Source of the DNA: Lama glama
Lineage: Eukaryota
Assembly: GCA_028534125.1 (NCBI GenBank)
Contig: CM052817.1
Span: 35,714,001 to 35,778,000, forward strand
DNA: 64,000 nt
Direction: 5' to 3'
Below are positions 1 through 13,399 of the stretch, in pieces (the first letter of the stretch is position 1; the number at the start of each line of letters is the position of its first letter). The notes under the pieces are model-generated. The model saw only the letters and a program-made list of their open reading frames with translations. It was not told where the DNA came from and made no database searches. The translations under genes and the position numbers were made by a program.

Positions 1-199
1 TCTATCACTAGTGGCCCAAGCAAGGCTTCAGTTTGTTTATTTGCTTGTTTGTTTAGTTTGGGAGGTGCTTCCCTAAACATAATAAGGGAAAGTTTTCCCT
101 ACTTGGGAAAGAAAAGTTAGTTGAACAAAGAAGACCTATACATAGGTGGTCAGCGAGAAGCTCTACAAGAGCAGACTCAGACGCATTTGGAGACGTCAG

Positions 200-649
200 T
201 GTGCTGTGGGCTAAATTGTGTCCCCCCTCCAGGAAAAGATATGTCTGAGTCCTGACCCTCCATACCTACGAGTGTGATCTTATTTGGAAATCGAGTCTTT
301 GCAGATGTAACCGATTTGAGATCGTACTGGATTAGGACGGGTACTAATCTGATGGCTGATGCCCTTCCAAGAAGGGGACAATTTGGACACAGACACAGAG
401 AATACCATGTGACTATAGAGACAGAGATAAGAGTGATGTATCTATAAGACAAGGAAGGTGATGGCCAGCAATCCCTGGAAGCTGAGAGTCAAGGATGATT
501 TTTCCCTGGGGCCTTCAGAGAGAGCGCAGACCTACTGATACCTTGAGTTTGAGCCTCTAGCCTTTAGAACTGTGAGACAATATATTATGTTGCTTTAAAT
601 CATCCAGGTTTGTGGCAATTTATGATGGCAACCCTAGACAACTAATACA
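200..649 (+). mobile_element. MaLR solo LTR, MLT1 family (MLT1C-like)
   Basis: Starts tgtgctgtgggctaaattgtgtcccc, has tttggaaat..gtctttgcagatgtaa and agaactgtgagacaat, ends gcaaccctagacaactaataca; all typical MLT1 segments. Confidence 0.85.
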
Positions 650-3600
650 GAGTGTAGAGAAAACTTTTTACTCCTGGGTAGGAAGCCCCGCTGGAGCTTG
701 GGCAGTGCAGACAGGCCCCCTACTGTAGAAGATTGCCTGAGCAAGCCAGCAGCCCTTCTGGTTGGTCCAGAGAAGATGGCCTGCCAGTGTGGACAGCCAC
801 ACTGGGGCAAAACCACAACCAACAGGGCAGTGGAGTTGCAAAGCGACGGGGGGCGGGGCAGCTCTAAATACCTGGTTAATGACTTGCTTCTTGTCACTCA
901 TTAGGACTGAGCTGAAATGGCATCTCCCGAAAGAGGACTTTGTGGATACCTAATTTAATGAATATTCCTCCCTTTACTACAATCCAATTATTTTGGCATC
1001 TGACTTTTTACTTAGCAAGTCCCAGATTGGAACATTTTTTTCCCTTCTCTCTTCTTCTAGACTACATATTCCATAAGGGAAAATGTCAACTCTGTTATCC
1101 CCAACACATAGGAAAATGCCTGAAAATTAGTATATGCTCAAAATGTAGTTCTTGAATGAATGGATAAATGAATGAAAGAGACACATTAAAGGATGATAAT
1201 TTCATCCTATGTTTCATCCTCTGTCTTGGCAGATGGAGTCCTGTTGGTTCATAATATAATGAAGCCTGGAGGATATTGGCTGATTCTGCTCACGTTAAAC
1301 CACTCCCACCATTCCTGGAGTCCAAGTTAATCTGACAGGAGACTTTCAGAAGGATATCTGCAAAACTGATCCTGGGTAGCAGTGAGGGCTGAGGAAAGAC
1401 AATGATGCCATGGGGTGCCACAAAGAATAGGAAAATCTTGAGAAATTAGACATTTGGGACTTGGATAATTATTAAATATTTGAAGGCTATTCATGAAGAA
1501 GATACAGTTGTATTGTTTTGATTTGATTTGTTTGGGTTACTTCCCCTTTCCTCAGAGAGCAAAACAGAGATTAACGAGTAGAATTTCTAAGAAAGCAGGA
1601 TTTGGGAGAACTTTCAAGGAGCTAAATGTAGTCAGTAAGTTTGTGTCATGAGAAGTATTTCAGTTAATACTAAATAATCTCTTGTCAAGGTAACACGGAA
1701 AAGGATTCAAGTATCCAGTGAGAGTGGGACAGAGAAATCTGGATTGGTTTCAGAAGTCCCTTCCAACCTTATGAATGTGTGCACTTACAAAAATGAATAT
1801 AATGTGTGCATCTCTAGGTCCTGGATTATTTTATTAAAAAGTACAAATGGAACCCTGAATTTGTTTTTTTATAACTTTTATCACATTTGTTTTCAAATCT
1901 TTAGCATTTAGTATCAGTCAATACCATTTTTCAGTACTTTTCTTCTTCTACAATTATAAAATTTTGATTATTTGCCTCTAGTAATACAATTTTAATGGAG
2001 TTCTTTTGCATGGTGTTGTTTTATTGCCAAACATGTCATGTTACTTGCAAAGCACAAAGTACCTCAGGTTTATTTTAGAGAGAACACATTGAGGTCAGGA
2101 AGTAATCCATTTAATAAATGAAGCTATACTGTAGTTTAATGACTTACAAACACAGCTTAGTGAGTATTAAATGGGGCTATGATTAGAATCTGTGTCTGCA
2201 GATTTTCTATGTAGCACAATCATTCTTTGCTTGGAGAGAAGGGAGTTTGGCTTACTGACTTGCCAATTTCAAGGGCTCACCAAAATGATAAAGTCACAGG
2301 AAAGAGTGGCAAGAATTTTAATTCACCAGTTTTCAGAGAGCACATCTGGAGGCTCCTGAAAGTAAACCTGTCACTTGGCAAAAAATAAAATAAAAGCAAG
2401 ATGTTCTGAGAAAGTATGAAATTTTATCTAATGCAAACCAGAATAACAGAATAAAAATGAAGAATGTCCTTATTATCTTAAAGTGGAGAAAATAGGGCAT
2501 CATGGGAATAGCATAGATTTGAGATGCATTCTCAGTCTATATTCACATCTTATTACTTGGATGAAGTGCAATTTATAGAACCATACATTGCCTGCTGGAG
2601 AGAAAATCACAAAAAATAGGTGCAGTGTTACTGGGAAGTTCTGACATTTAAGATTGGATATAAACACAAATCATCACTGGACCTCCTCCACGTGTTTCTG
2701 TCCTCATTTAACTGGGAAGGGACTAAAATCCTCCTCACCAAGATGTACTTGCAATTGAACGAGAAATAATTGTGTGAAGCACAAAGGCGTGCTGTGCCTT
2801 ATTGGTGGAGAAGGGAATACATACAGGTGGGAGGAAAGGAGGATAATAGGAATAAAACGTGTAAAAAGCCATTCATAAAGTTTATCCTTATCAAGAATGT
2901 TGATTCACGAATCATCATATCCTGGAGATCTTTTCACTTCAAACAAATGTCCCCCTAGTTATTTACTGATTTTAAGTGCTGTCAGTAGAGACTCATTTCC
3001 CTAACAGAGACTTCTCAATGCTGTTTGCAGCAGCCACCAGGAAGCAACTGCGATGTCACTCCTGCCCACCTCAGCCAAGCCACAGCATCCATTATCTGAT
3101 GAGTAAATTTCAAGCAGAATTAAACCTTAGTAATTCAGCCAAAATGACTTATATAAAAGAATGCTAGCATAAATGAAGTGCATTCACCATCCAAATGCAG
3201 TTGCTATAGCTTTCTGTAATAACTACAGCAAGGCCCGTGTCACTGGGACACAAAAGGTTATTTTGTTGTCGTCATTTCTTAAGTGAGTTCCTTGCTACTT
3301 ACGGTTCTCACTGGGCCATGCCGTAAATCTTTGGGGTTGGAGCGATCGTTGATAAGACTGCTGAGTCATATTTGTGTTTATTTCAAGGCAATTATAATGA
3401 TTTATCCTTAGGAATAACATATAATAAAGGGAGGCTTTCCCAGTTCTCCATCACTCACAGCCATAAATTTTAATTGCTTGTTATTATTTCAATTCAAAAA
3501 AATGCAATGAAAAAACCAATGTATTTTCTCAAAGCTCAATGTACATGTCAAAATAGAAAATAACATATTAAAATATTCTCTGAGGCAGAGATTTGTTCTG

Positions 3601-4120
3601 AAAACACAATTCACTAATGCGATTAGGTCAAGTTAATTAGCTAACCACCAGCCCCTAAGCAAGACTTTTAGTTGTCAGAAATAGAGACTCTTCCTATGTG
3701 AATACTAAGCTATTAGATCTGTTTAAATTTTTGTTTGGATTCAAAATGATGACAAAAATTTCCTTTTTCTTGAGCCCTTTATATTTGATAGAGCAGAGAA
3801 ATGTTTTTTAAAAAATGATTCATTCATTTAGAGAACATTATTGAGCAACTGCTATTTCTCAGAAATTGTTCTACTTATAGTATTAAGGATGGACACATAA
3901 CACCATGAGGTACTCACATGTCTAAATACAAGAGAAATAAGAGGTTCTAGAATAAAGGCATGTCTGTTGTCCTACGGGAGCACAAAACTACAAATAAAGT
4001 AGGAGAGGAAGGGCTGACTATAGGCTGATGGAACTAATCACCTCCAAGTCTCCATTTGAAGCTGTATACTCGAGGTACCACTATGGACATCCTAGTCCAG
4101 GAACTCTCTGTGTTTATGAC

Positions 4121-4492
4121 GTCTTAGTCTGCAGGGGCTGCCATACAAAATACCATAGGTTGGTTGGCTGAAATACCAGAAGTGTATTTTTTTACAGTTC
4201 TGGAGGCTGGAAAGTCCAAGATAAAGGTGCTAGTAGGATTGGCTTCATTCTGAGGCCTTTTCTCTTGGCTTGTGGGCAACTGTCTTCTTGCTGCCTCCTC
4301 ACACAGTGGAGAGAGGACGTTCTCTTGTCTTTTCCTCTTCTTATAAATACACTAATCCCATTATGGGGCCTCTACACCCATGACTTTATCTAAACTTAAT
4401 TACCACCCAAAGATTCTCCAAGTATCATCACGTTGGGAATTAGGGATTCGTCACAGGAATTTGGGTGGGACACAATCATATAGTGCATAACA
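4121..4492 (-). mobile_element. MaLR solo LTR, MLT1A/B-like
   Basis: Reverse-strand MLT1 hallmarks: cagttctggaggctggaaagtccaagataaaggtgc, cactaatcccatt, gggacacaat...ataaca. Confidence 0.8.
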
Positions 4493-4837
4493 ATTGGTCT
4501 ACCCTATGGGCATTAGACATTCAAAGAAGAGGACAGCAAAAATACTGCATTAAAATTAAAAAGCTGAAAATATTTTCTTCGTTTAGTTTGGGAAATAAAG
4601 AGATGCTATATGGAGAATTTCAGAAAAAAAGTAGCACCATATAAGTAAATTTAAAAGAATAAGTGGAAATTTGAGGAACATTTACCTAGATACTTTAGAG
4701 GAATGAATTTGATTTTGAGAAAAAGTGGTTTTAATCATTCAATAGTAAAAATATTTACTGTTCTAATTACTATGGAAAATACAGTTAAATATATGACATG
4801 ATTTTTCAATGCAGAGAACTTATTCTCTCATGTGCTT

Positions 4838-5172
4838 CTTTTTTTTATTGACATAGTCAGTGTACAAATGTTGTGTTAATTTCTGGTGTACAGCATAGTG
4901 ATTCAGTTATGTACATACACACATATATATATATTCCTTTTCATATTTTTTTCATTACAGGCTATTACAAAGTATTGAATATAGTCCCTGTGTTATACAG
5001 TAGGTCCTTGTTATTTATCTATTTTATATGGTAGTTACTATCTGCAAAGCCCAAGCTCCCAATTTATCCCTCCCCACCTCCTTTCCCCACTGGTAACCAC
5101 AAATTTGTTTTCTATGTCTCTGAGACTATCTCTGTTTTGTAAATAAGTTCATTTGCATCCTTTTTTTTTTTG
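4838..5172 (-). mobile_element. 5'-truncated L1 3' end (cetartiodactyl-type)
   Basis: Poly-T then ggtgtacagcatagtgattcagttat, attgaatatagtccctgtgttatacagtaggtccttg, ggtaaccacaaatttgttttctatgtc. Confidence 0.85.
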
Positions 5173-5879
5173 GCTTCTAATCAGAGCACACAACACAACA
5201 TAAATGATGTATCCCTCAGTTCCAAATTGTTAACACTTCTGGTTCAAGATGTCTGGCTTTATCTTTCTTCCTTCAAAAAACCACATTGAAATGACATTAA
5301 AAACAAATCCTCAGCAATTCTGTCACGCCATAAAATGTATCATCAGCACAGCAGAACAGAAAGGCATATCTGATGAGAATGAACTGATGGAAAAATGCAA
5401 CAGAGCTGAATCATGAAGTAACACTAACTTCAGAGGCAAAGGAGCCTAGAACAAAAGTGAGCTATGGTTCTCCTTGCTGGCTGTTCTAGTCCCTTGCTTT
5501 CAGAAGCTGACTCTGAACAACTGCCTTCCATGAGTAGAGTCCTTTAAAAATGGGAGCCTGGGGACAGAAAAGCAGGTGCACTAGGTGATCTCAGGCAGCC
5601 ATGAAGGACACAAAGCCCTAGAACATAGAAAATACATAATGAGCATTCCCCAAAAGGAAGCCAGCCTGGCCATGTTTTTGCTACATGCACACACACTCAC
5701 ACACATGCACACAAACAAGGAGTGAGGTCTCATTGTCTGAATCTATATTCCTTGCCAAGACAACATAAACTTTCATTTGAACACTGACATATTCTCCTGA
5801 TATCAAGAGCAATCTCAAATATCAACTATAGATATAACAGACAATGAATATTCAGCAACCATCTGAGGAACATCAACAT

Positions 5880-7124
5880 AAAGGAAAGCTAATGAAATCT
5901 ATAAACAAAAGAATTAATGCCCTGAGGAACCAAGGAGCATTGGAAAACAAGCACAAGTAGGAACATTTGAAAGATTCAAAAGGATAACTCATCCATTAAG
6001 GATGAGGCTGCTAAGAGAAAGAAATTACTAACACGATCAATAAGTGAGATCAATAGAAAATGAAATGCAGCTGAAAAATCAATCCTAGATACTTTCCCAG
6101 AATGCCATGCAAATAAACGCTAACTGATCAAAAATCTGAGGGAAGCGTTAAGAGATGAGGCACAGAGATATATATAGATCTTGTGAATTCCAACATTCAT
6201 TGACCAAGGGTTTCTGTGCAGAAGCACAGAAATCACAGACAGAGAAGGGGGAAAGGAAAATAGGGAGAAATAAAAATATACACTCATTGCCTTATTCTTC
6301 ATAATAATACTCTAGTGTATAGTTTGAATGATTGCACCAACTCTGGTCAATAGAGTGAGTCAAATGGATCCCAAAATTTGCATGAAAGAGCAAAGGACCA
6401 AGACAATTTTGTAGACAAACAAAAGAGGAGGGCTTGCCTTCTCAGATAGCAAGACATAATAAGCCAGAGTAATTAAGACAGTGTGGTCTAGGACAGGGAA
6501 AGACAAACAGTGCTATGGAAGCTAGTAGAGAGCCCAGAAACAGAACGATACCTTTACCAAAACTTTGTATATATCTGAAGTGCTGACAATTAGTGGAGGA
6601 AGAACGGGATACCCAGCAATCAGTGCTGGGACCATTCATTAGCCATATGGGAACAGGACTTCTAGCTCATTTCTTACAAAGATAAAATCATTCCCATGGG
6701 GATTAAAGACCTAAATGTGAAAATGAAAACTGTAAACTTGTATGGAAAATATTTGTTAATGAGGATATAAAAAATGGAAGTTCCATACACTCATGGTTTG
6801 AGTGGAATTGGCTCCACCACTTTGGAGAGCAATCTGGCTATATCTATTAATATCTAGCAATAAAGTTGAAGGTGTGCCTATCCTAAGACCCAGCAATTCT
6901 ATGTCTAGATATATACTTCAGAAAAACCAACACATATTCTCAAAAACACATCACAGGGTTATTTAAATAGCAAACAAAATATAGAAAATAAAACTAAATA
7001 AAATGAAATTAAATTAGAAAATATAAACATCAATCAATAGAAGAATAAAGAAATTGTGGTATATTCATAAATTATAATATAATCAATGAAATACCAAATG
7101 GTAAGTATAAAAACAAACCAGAGC
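5880..7124 (+). mobile_element. Old, highly decayed L1 (L1ME-like) fragments
   Basis: A-rich strand with ORF2-like remnants (aaagcca..gtaattaagacagtgtggt, aaagacctaaatgtgaaa, gacccagcaattcta, aagaaattgtggtatattcata). Confidence 0.7.
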
Positions 7125-7654
7125 TGTAACAGAAGAGAACAAATCTGACTCCATATTAAATCTGTTCCTTTGGGTTTAACCTTGTGCCCTGTTTTCTAGG
7201 CTTAGTCTTGCTAGCTATGCACCTTTTATAAAAGAATGTTGCCTATAGCCTGAAATACACAGGGGAGCCTATTCTCAAGGCTTTAAGGATATTAACACTT
7301 TTCTACTCATATAAAGATAGCAAGTTGCAGAATAGAAAATAACATTTCTTTTGTTGAAGGTTTACAGGGACACCATGATGTGACCCACGTGGACAGCTGC
7401 AAGAACAAAGGATTCCAAGAACAAAGAATTCCTACACCAAGAAGTTTGCAACAACTAAACATACCCCATTCCCCTTTCTAGTATTATAGGAGCCTGAATT
7501 CTGACTTGGGGAAGATAGTTCTCCCGAACATTCGTCTGCCCTCTTCTCAGTCTGCAGGCCTTCTGAATAAAGTTGCTATTCCTTGTCCTAACATCTTGTC
7601 TTCCAATTTACTGGCCTGTTGTGCGTCAAGAGAACGAGTTTGGACTCGGTAACA
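7125..7654 (+). mobile_element. ERV1-class solo LTR, 530 bp
   Basis: TG...CA termini (tgtaacag...ggtaaca), internal AATAAA near 7566, near-perfect 4-bp flanking duplication gagc/gatc. Confidence 0.85.
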
Positions 7655-9260
7655 GATCTACTTGTGTGGACATAAAGAAATCTCAAAAGAAAGCAAGCTG
7701 CAAAATTGTATATATGTAGTAAAAAAAACATTATATTTACCTGTAGGTGTGTGTGTATTCAAATGTTTAAAATTCATGGGAATAATGAACACCATTTCAT
7801 GGTAGTCACAGTAGTGAGAGAGGTAAGTGTTAAGACCCGGGTAGGGTACACAGAAAGATTCAACTGTGTCTGCAGTTTTTTTTTTCTTATGTGTAGAAAA
7901 TACAGCAAAGTGCTAAGAGCTGATAAAATTGGTATACCATTACCCAAGTCTGCTTTCCATTTTTCTCCATATTTTTCTGTATGTTTAAAAGTTTCATAAT
8001 ACTCAAACATTTTACAATTAATTCAACAAATACTGAGTTTATTTTTAAAACAATGAACAAATGAATCAGTAAAACTTGTAATGAAGTCTAAATACAGGTT
8101 AATGCAAGATATTATAAAATTATTAATACTCTGAAAAATTTTAGCATCTTTCCCAAAGTCACACAGGTAATAAATGGCAGAACCAAAAATTTAAACTAAA
8201 CCTTTCTTTCCTCTGTTCAAAATACTGAAATAAAATATAAGAGCTAATTTCCAATATTGGGTTGGGTAGGCCTCCTTAAATAAGACATAATAACCAAAAG
8301 CCCTAACGGCAAACAGCATCACAATCACGAATAAAATACAAATAAGTCCTGGGAGAAAATATCTGCAACATGTATCTTTTAAAAAGATTAACTTTCAGAA
8401 TATAAAGAGTTTCACCACTAAAAGAAAAAGATGATATAATAAAAAAGTAAAGCCCATGAAGAGGCAATTTGTGAAAAAAGAAACAGAGGGCCAGAAAATA
8501 AAGGAGAAAATGCTCCAAAAGAGAGCAACACTAGATTGAAAGAATTTAAACTGCTCATCACATGCCTGCTGGCCAGAGTGTGAAAAAATACTTCTTATGT
8601 CATTGTTGGGACTCAAAAACTGGGTGGTAATTTGGCAAGGTTTTTCAAAACTAAAACTGCACAAACCTTGCATAGTTCAAGAACATAAATGCAAAGTTAT
8701 GTATGCATTATTGTTTAAAATAAAGAAAACTCATAAGTATCCAGAATACCCACCAATAGGGATATGATGAGATAGAGTACCCACACTAAGTTATACAGTG
8801 CAAATACATAAATATATATAATTATATGTATAAACTAACTTATTTGTAAAAGTAATGAGCTATGTATATGTGTAATGAAATGCAAATGCCATCAAGAAGA
8901 AAGCAAATAAAATAAAATAAAAAAGCACATCATAGAACAATTCATTTAGGCTAATTCTATAACTTAAGAAAAGAATAAAAGAATTTAATTATATTATACG
9001 TGTAATATAATTGTATGATACAACCATGACAATGACATACACATATATTTTATAATGTATTACATACACATATGGATATCTACGAAAGTTCTCTCGGGAA
9101 ACATACCAAACTATTGCCACAAGAGATGCCCTGATCAAGAAGGGTGAAAGGGCAAATAGTAAAAGGGACTTTAATGTTTTACTCTACATGTATGCTTCTC
9201 TTTTTTACAATGTGAATGTATGACTTCAAATTACTTTGTAATTAAAATTTACAAAATGTC
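7655..9260 (+). mobile_element. Continuation of old L1ME-like 3' sequence plus further decayed L1 fragments
   Basis: Host L1 resumes after the LTR; later ctgggagaaaatatctgcaacatgtat, cagaatataaagagtt and an A-rich 3'UTR-like tail. Confidence 0.6.
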
Positions 9261-9308
9261 CAAATAGAAATTTCATGCTTTGATTATCTGTAGCAAACAA
9301 ATTCTTGC

Positions 9309-9707
9309 TGTTGTGGGCTGAATTGGGTCCCTCAAAAATTCATATTTTGAATCCCCAGTTCTCAGCACTTTAGAATGGATATAACTATATTTGGAGACAA
9401 GATCTTTAAAGAGGTGATTAAGCTAAAATGAGGCCATTAGATAGGGGCCTTAAGCCAGTATGAGTGGAGTCCTTATGAGAAGAGGAAGAGACTTCAGGGA
9501 TGCATGTGCCCCGAGGAAAGACATGTGAGGTCACAGCGAGAAGGCACTATCTACAAGCCAAGGAGAGAGGCCTCAGAAGAAACCAACAACGCCGACAACT
9601 TGATCTTGGATTTCTAGTCTCCAGAACTGTGAGACAATTAATGTCTGTAGTTTAAGCCACCCAATTTTTGGTATTTTGTTATGGCCACCCTAACAAACTA
9701 GAATACA
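9309..9707 (+). mobile_element. MaLR solo LTR, MLT1A/B-like
   Basis: tgttgtgggctgaattgggtccc ... aagccaaggagagaggcctcagaagaaacc ... ccagaactgtgagacaat ... aataca. Confidence 0.9.
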
Positions 9708-9919
9708 TGCTCAATTTCATTTAGCTTTGCCTATGCAGAGGAGTTTAGCAGAAGACTAGTGGGAGAAGAAAATGTGGGAAAATTTTAATGAAGCAGTGGG
9801 AGTTCGTTTGGTTTGGCCTTGTGACTCTAATATAGAATTCACTTCTTATTTTTCTTTCCTTGGATACCCTTATCCTGGCAAATAAATGCCTTCTGTGTTA
9901 ATATTAATAATCTCAAAAT

Positions 9920-10100
9920 ATTATTAAACACTTGCAATATAACTTTTAAGTGCATGTCTTACTCAAAATAACCTCTTGTGGTAGTTACAAATTTCATCCT
10001 CATTTTATGGACAAGAACACTAACCTTAGAGAGATTAGGTGACATTGGAATTCAAACCCAGGCAGTCTGGTTCTAGGCCTTCCTTGCTTCTGTAACCACT
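9920..10100 (-). mobile_element. MIR SINE fragment
   Basis: catcctcattttatggacaagaacac, ggaattcaaacccaggcagtctggttctag. Confidence 0.65.
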
Positions 10101-10999
10101 GTCTTTCGTAGCTTCCAGACTTCAAATTGCATTATTTCTTTTCATCTTTTCTGTAGTGTGTCTGCTGCCTTTGGAGCAGTGGGATCTATTCAAGATTAAA
10201 TCAATCTGTTATCAAACCCCTCACGTTTAATACACTCTAGGAAAATTCAGAATGAACTGGCCATGCATGATATTACTAATTTACCCACTGTACCAATAAT
10301 AATTATTCCTCTGAATAGACTACATGCTATTGCATGAGACACCCCGTCAATTGTTATTTTGCTGTTCTTTTCTTTTATTGACTACTCTGGCAGCCATACT
10401 TCACTTGGAGTGACAGTAAGTACTGCCTTCCTCGTCTCCTTTGTTACAGAGCATCAATATTGATCCTTTTCCTAGCACAACACTCTTAATGTGATTGAAC
10501 ACTTACCTCTAGTCTTAAGTGATAAATGAGAAAAGATATCCAATTCTAGAAAGTCACAAATTTTGGAAAAGACTAAAAATGTATTAGACTTAAAAGGTCT
10601 TAATTCGAAGCTTTTTTCTTTCCCTCCATTAAGCTGGAATCTGCCCATCAGTCTCCTCTCTCTTCCATTGTTACTCTGTTCTACTTTAACTGGGGAAGGA
10701 AGAGGTGTGCCTGATATTTGTTCCTGAACATTTTTCTGCCAGCTAGCTGCTCATTCGTATCACATACTCTGATTTTCACAAGCACCTCTTTTACCAATTT
10801 GGGACCACAGATGATTCTCTGATGGGCCTGCCTTGAATCCTGGGCTATAAAGAGATCTGCCCGGACTTCAGTAGAGAGGTAAATATGAGATGTGCCTCGC
10901 TGTCGGTTACTGACACGTCCCTTCATCCTCTGTATCACCAGCAGAGGTTAATGGTGTATCAGAAGTCACTGAAGGATTAAGATAAATACATTGATTTTT

Positions 11000-11255
11000 G
11001 CTTTTTTTGTTTTTTTTTAAATTGAAGTATAGTCAGTTTATAATCTGTGTTAATTTCTGGTGTACGGCATAGTGATTCAGTTATATATATATTCTTTTTC
11101 ATTATAGATATTGAATATAATTCCCTGTGCTATAGAGTAGGACCTTACAGGGTATTGAATATAATTACAAGATATTGAATTACAAGGTATTGAATATAAT
11201 TCCCTGACCTTGTTGTTTATTTTATATATAGTAGCTATTATCTACAAATCCTGAA
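11000..11255 (-). mobile_element. 5'-truncated L1 3' end with scrambled interior
   Basis: Poly-T tail, ttgaagtatagtcagttta, ggtgtacggcatagtgattcagttat; same family as 4838-5172. Confidence 0.85.
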
Positions 11256-12227
11256 AGGAAAAGAATTTTAACTATTCATGTGAGTACAATCTTTTTTTAG
11301 TTGTCAAAGAAATAAGCTTCGAAAAAAGTTGGCCTTTTAAATTAGCTCTTTGGCGTAAGTCCCTAATCATGCTCCCCCACCCTCAGGTGCGGCATTAGAG
11401 AGAAGGTCGGATTACATGCGAGTGTCTAAACCACTGAAAATGCTCCCTATCCCAAGGTTGATCTTGCTTTTTAAAATGCCCGTGCATCAGACGACAGATA
11501 TCCCCTGGCAACACAGCTCCCAGCACCATGATTATTCAGTGCAGATGAAGTGAACCCCAGGCTGAGAAGAGGAGGTTGCAGACAGTCTAAGGGCTTTGGT
11601 GCACTTAAGTGGAAAGTGAGGAATCCAGGTTTTTCTGGTCTTCTAGGAACATCAGTTTAATCAGACTTAAACAGCTCTTCCACAGAGAAGCATTCATTCT
11701 TGCAGAGTAGCATCTGCACCCACGATGAGGAAGAAATGCAGCCTCCTAAGTGTGACTCAGTCAGCACGGGCCCCCCACGCGATAAATCCGGGCTTTACGC
11801 TGCTCCACAGAATAATGTCAGTCCTGGTGGCCTCTCTCCCCAGATCCTGGGTTCCTCATAGAAAGAGCACAGCTGTGAACTACCCAGTCATCAGTGCCTA
11901 GGAAAAGAAGCAGTGACATTTTCCACTTTTCTACACGTTGGGCCTGTTCACATTTGCATGCTCCTTTTATAACAGAATGAAGACAATTTTTGAGTCTCCT
12001 GAGAACACCCAGGACGGCAAGAAGAAGGGCGGTCCTTTCTTCTAAATAGAGTAGTGATGGCTTTATTGTGTCTTTAAGTATAAAAGAAAGGTGCTGTGGC
12101 TTATTTCAAATCACTATTTTATCTGTACTTGGATATACTGATAAAATTATTTAATAAATCTTTAATCTTGAATGATCTCAGGGTTTTTTTTAAACTAATT
12201 ACTCAGATTTAAAAACAATATAGAATT

Positions 12228-12442
12228 AGGGACAGACTGGGATTTCAAAATGTAGAATAGATAAACAAGATTATACTGTACAGCACAGGGAAATATATAC
12301 AAGATCTTGTGGTAACTCACAGAGAAAAAAATGTGACAATGAATTATATATATGTTCATGTATCACTGAAAAATTGTGCTCTACACTGGAATTTGACACA
12401 ACATTGTAAAATGATTATAAATCAATAAAAATGTTAAAAAAT
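12228..12442 (+). mobile_element. Young 5'-truncated L1 3' end with perfect TSD
   Basis: aaaaacaatatagaatt at 12211-12227 and 12443-12459; insert ends aataaaaatgttaaaaaa; ttt|aaaaa endonuclease-type site. Confidence 0.92.
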
Positions 12443-13399
12443 AAAAACAATATAGAATTCAGATAAATTTTCAAAAGATCATTTTATGTACATAAATACC
12501 TCTGTGGAATGCAGGTTAAATTTTGAGTTTTGCTCTAGTAATTTTTTTCTCACATTAATGTTGAGCAGGTTGATATTTTCAAGGAAAACACAACAATGAC
12601 CTAGTAACTGAATGGCATCTCTTTTGGGAGAAACAAATGTTCGTAGTGTCTAAATGAATAATCTCTGTCATCCACTCCTGAACACACCTACTTTCTTAGC
12701 TTTCTTATTATACAGAGGATTTCCTGTTGGACACTACATTGGTATGTACTTAATTTATAATGTATGATATTTTGAAGACGTTTAAAAATACATGTTTCAG
12801 AACAGCTTTTTTGCATATTTCAGATGAGCTGAGGTTTCTAAACCTATTGCTATTATTTTACAAACGAAGAAGATGATGATTCAGGATGGAGACAAGCTCT
12901 CTACATCTTGAAGATGCTCCTGAGTGAACCCAATGGCGTAGGTAGCAGGTAGGAATATGAGTAAGCCCCAGAGGGCAGGGATCATTGGTTTGCTTACTGA
13001 CATACTCCACGTACCTAGGATAGCAATGAATGCTTGTTGGAGGATTTAATTAATTAGTTCAATATTGATCTTAAATATCTTCAATATTGATCTCAATATC
13101 TTTAATAAAAGATCAATATTTTTACTTTATATGTAAAAAATGAAACCAAGATGATTTGCCTTTTAGCTTTCATATTACAGAGTAAGGTCCCATCTGCAGA
13201 GGAATCACAACTTATATTACCTAAGTTTTTGTCTTTGCTCTGCCCTGATACACAATTAGGCTTAGGTATAATTATGCTGGAGGTAGCTCCTTGGGTAGGA
13301 AAAAAAGCAATTTAACATTAGGAGAATCGAGGCCATCATGGATTTGAAGAGTTGATTTGAGGACTTTAAAATCCTTTCTATCTTGCACTTTTGGTGTTT

